In this document: piece after piece, positions 37,854-39,825 of the stretch
Position numbering within the stretch: position 1 is the first letter of the stretch
Layout of the letters: the number at the start of each line of letters is the position of its first letter
Source of the DNA: an uncultured Staphylococcaceae bacterium
Lineage (GTDB): Bacteria; Bacillota_I; Bacilli_A; ML615J-28; CAG-313
Direction of reading: 5' to 3'
Assembly: GCA_964368275.1 (NCBI GenBank)
Contig: CAYJAQ010000005.1
Location: 1 to 39,825, forward strand
Length of the DNA stretch: 39,825 nt
Translations under genes and position numbers: made by a program
Notes under the pieces: generated by a model
Seen by the model: only the letters and a program-made list of their open reading frames with translations
Told to the model about the DNA's origin: nothing
Databases searched by the model: none

Positions 37854-39728
37854 TTATTTATTTGTCTTTTTTAAGGCATCTTTTTCGGCTTTGTGCAAAG
37901 CTTTTGTTTCCGCAAGCTTCTTAGCACGTTCAGCCTTTAATTGTTCTTTTGCTTTAGCTTGATCTAAATCAGCTTTTTCTTTTGCTTTTTTTAAAGCTTC
38001 TTGGCGAGCTTGCTTTTTCTTCAAAGCGTCTTCTGCCATTTTTGCTTTAATAGCTTTTATTTCCGCATTATGCTTATCTGTAAGCTCTTTAATCTCCGCT
38101 TTTAGTTTTGCCTTTTCGGAAGCCATGTAAGCTTTTGTGCGATTTTTCATTTCAAGGTTAAACGCTGTAATTTCTTCTTTTAAATCATCACGCGTCTTAG
38201 TAATCTTCTCAGTTTTACTATCAAGAGTGGTAATTGCTTTCTTAGCATTAGCCCGTTCTTTTTTAATTTTCGCTGATTCTTTCTCAAGACGATTTTTGGT
38301 AACCTTCAAAGTTTCATCTTCAAATTTAGCTTTCCAATCAGCTAGCATCCGGCGATTTGCGCCATCGATGTCACGCATTAAGCGACGTTCAAGTTTAACC
38401 GCGTTGTTGTAATCTTGTTCTTTAACTTCGCGAATAACTTTTGCGATCTTAGCTTTTTGTTTAGCTTCTTGTAAATCAACTTCTGGATCAGTATCGGTAA
38501 TTAAACGTTTAAAGTAATCCGTTTCTTTTTCAAGATTAAAGACTCCATCATATAGCATATTCGAAATATCAATCGTTTCTCTAAGGGCTTTCTTCAAAGC
38601 TAAATCATAACGATCTTGTTTAGCTAAATAATCCTTCATACGTTTATTGAAGAGTTTTTTGTATTGATCCAAGTAGTATTCCGGAATCATTCGATCTTCC
38701 ATCATAATCGCATCAGGTTCTTTTACTAAATCACCTGGATAACGCTTAACAATCTTAGTTGATTTTCTAACATATTCATCATATTCATCAATGTTTTCAA
38801 AAGCTTGTTTACGATTATCATAATTAGCTTGCATTGAAGTATAGGCGAAGAGTGCCATATTGTTCAAATCTTTTTCAAGACTAGATACAAGCGGAATATT
38901 CTTTTCTTTGACTTTTACATCATAAGTTAAACTACTATAGCGGTCAAGGAAGAGCCATAACGTATAAGCGTTTCGGAAATCCGGATTCTTCAAGATGACG
39001 TTAGTCTTCATGATAGGCGGATTTACGGGGTGTGCTTTGGCTAAAAGCTGCATAAACTGTGAACCCTTAAAGCCTTTAACTAAGGCACTTAAGTTTTCAA
39101 CCCGACTAAGTAATTCATGGTTTTGAATGTTAACACGTTTATTATCTAAGTCTTTGATAATCTCAATATCGATGGTTATTTTAACATTGGTTTCTTCAAT
39201 GCTAAAATCAGATAGATAATTCATGTGGTCTTTTTGATAAGATTCCACATTATCTTTAATAACTCGGTAACGGTTTTCGACGAATGCCGAAAGACGTTTA
39301 ATTAGTGTCATAATAAAGCGATTTTCATAAGTAGCAAAGTTATCTTCTGTAAATGTTGTTAAAATCTTACTAGGAGTAACATTACCATTATCAACGCTCT
39401 TAATATATTGGGTATGAGATGCTAAGTGCCGAACTGATTGAGAATCAGTTTTCTTAGCTCGTGCCACATCAACTACTTCATTTTGGTAACTAAGAGTTGA
39501 ACGAGGATTTTTGACAATCTTATCAATACTTGGTAAATATGATTCTAGCGTTTCAATCCATTCTTTATCGAAAATTTTCTCTTCAATAATATTCTTTTCA
39601 TAGAACTTACGATTACCATTAAGAAAGTAATTATAGAAGTATTTAGGAAAACCTTCCTCTTTATTACCTTGTCTAATTAATTTAATAATAGATTCGTAAT
39701 AACGATTTAGCTCATCATTAACAAGCAT
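37854..39728 (-). CDS. DUF2357-like protein with a long K/E/A-rich coiled-coil tail
   Basis: The motifs SVRHLASH, FATYENRFIMTLI and KNPDFRNAYTLW recall DUF2357; this is from recognition, not a search. The last ~220 aa are a charged helical region. Confidence 0.68.
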   Translation of the reverse strand: MLVNDELNRYYESIIKLIRQGNKEEGFPKYFYNYFLNGNRKFYEKNIIEEKIFDKEWIETLESYLPSIDKIVKNPRSTLSYQNEVVDVARAKKTDSQSVRHLASHTQYIKSVDNGNVTPSKILTTFTEDNFATYENRFIMTLIKRLSAFVENRYRVIKDNVESYQKDHMNYLSDFSIEETNVKITIDIEIIKDLDNKRVNIQNHELLSRVENLSALVKGFKGSQFMQLLAKAHPVNPPIMKTNVILKNPDFRNAYTLWLFLDRYSSLTYDVKVKEKNIPLVSSLEKDLNNMALFAYTSMQANYDNRKQAFENIDEYDEYVRKSTKIVKRYPGDLVKEPDAIMMEDRMIPEYYLDQYKKLFNKRMKDYLAKQDRYDLALKKALRETIDISNMLYDGVFNLEKETDYFKRLITDTDPEVDLQEAKQKAKIAKVIREVKEQDYNNAVKLERRLMRDIDGANRRMLADWKAKFEDETLKVTKNRLEKESAKIKKERANAKKAITTLDSKTEKITKTRDDLKEEITAFNLEMKNRTKAYMASEKAKLKAEIKELTDKHNAEIKAIKAKMAEDALKKKQARQEALKKAKEKADLDQAKAKEQLKAERAKKLAETKALHKAEKDALKKTNK

Positions 39729-39749
39729 CGTGACACCTACTTTCAGCTA

Positions 39750-39824
39750 TTAAATAGTCTTTAGTAAACCATTCAAGTATTCTTGACATTCTTTAAATGC
39801 ATTCTTACCAAATAGTTTATCAAG
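39750..39824 (-). CDS. 3' end of an upstream CDS running off the window
   Basis: An open frame LDKLFGKNAFKECQEYLNGLLKTI* ends 21 nt before the next start. It is too short to assign a function. Confidence 0.55.
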   Translation of the reverse strand, partial: LDKLFGKNAFKECQEYLNGLLKTI

Positions 39825-39825
39825 T

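Noticed and set aside
123-38412. All short plus-strand ORFs in the track (e.g. 123-404, 1242-1493, 13502-13816, 14710-15048, 35398-35679, 38137-38412)
   Set aside because: They are antisense shadows of well-supported minus-strand genes or riboswitches and show no recognisable motifs.

Overview
AT-rich bacterial DNA read with genetic code 11 (TGA at 1857-1859 is a stop). It looks Bacillota/Bacilli-like, possibly a Mollicutes-related lineage, but that is inference only. All credible genes are on the minus strand. In transcription order (right to left) there are four blocks. (1) The end of an operon: a partial upstream CDS, a DUF2357-like protein with a long coiled-coil tail, a SipW-type signal peptidase, an alpha/beta hydrolase and a YcxB-like membrane protein. 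(2) Operon A, with a sigma-A promoter and a c-di-GMP-I (GEMM) riboswitch: a SipW-substrate protein, a ~3810-codon multi-module LRR/InlB-B-repeat surface protein split by one in-frame TAA, a 1298-aa LRR protein and another SipW-substrate protein, then a terminator. (3) Operon B, with a sigma-A promoter and a second c-di-GMP-I riboswitch: five SipW-substrate TasA/BsaA-like proteins, a SipW peptidase and a ~3325-aa GLUG/beta-helix surface protein, then a terminator. (4) A heterodimeric ABC exporter pair with its own promoter. The main candidate system is a ~32-kb cyclic-dinucleotide-switched, SipW-dependent fibre/biofilm locus coupled to giant adhesin-like proteins. Its two riboswitches each carry a different non-canonical nucleotide in the ligand pocket.
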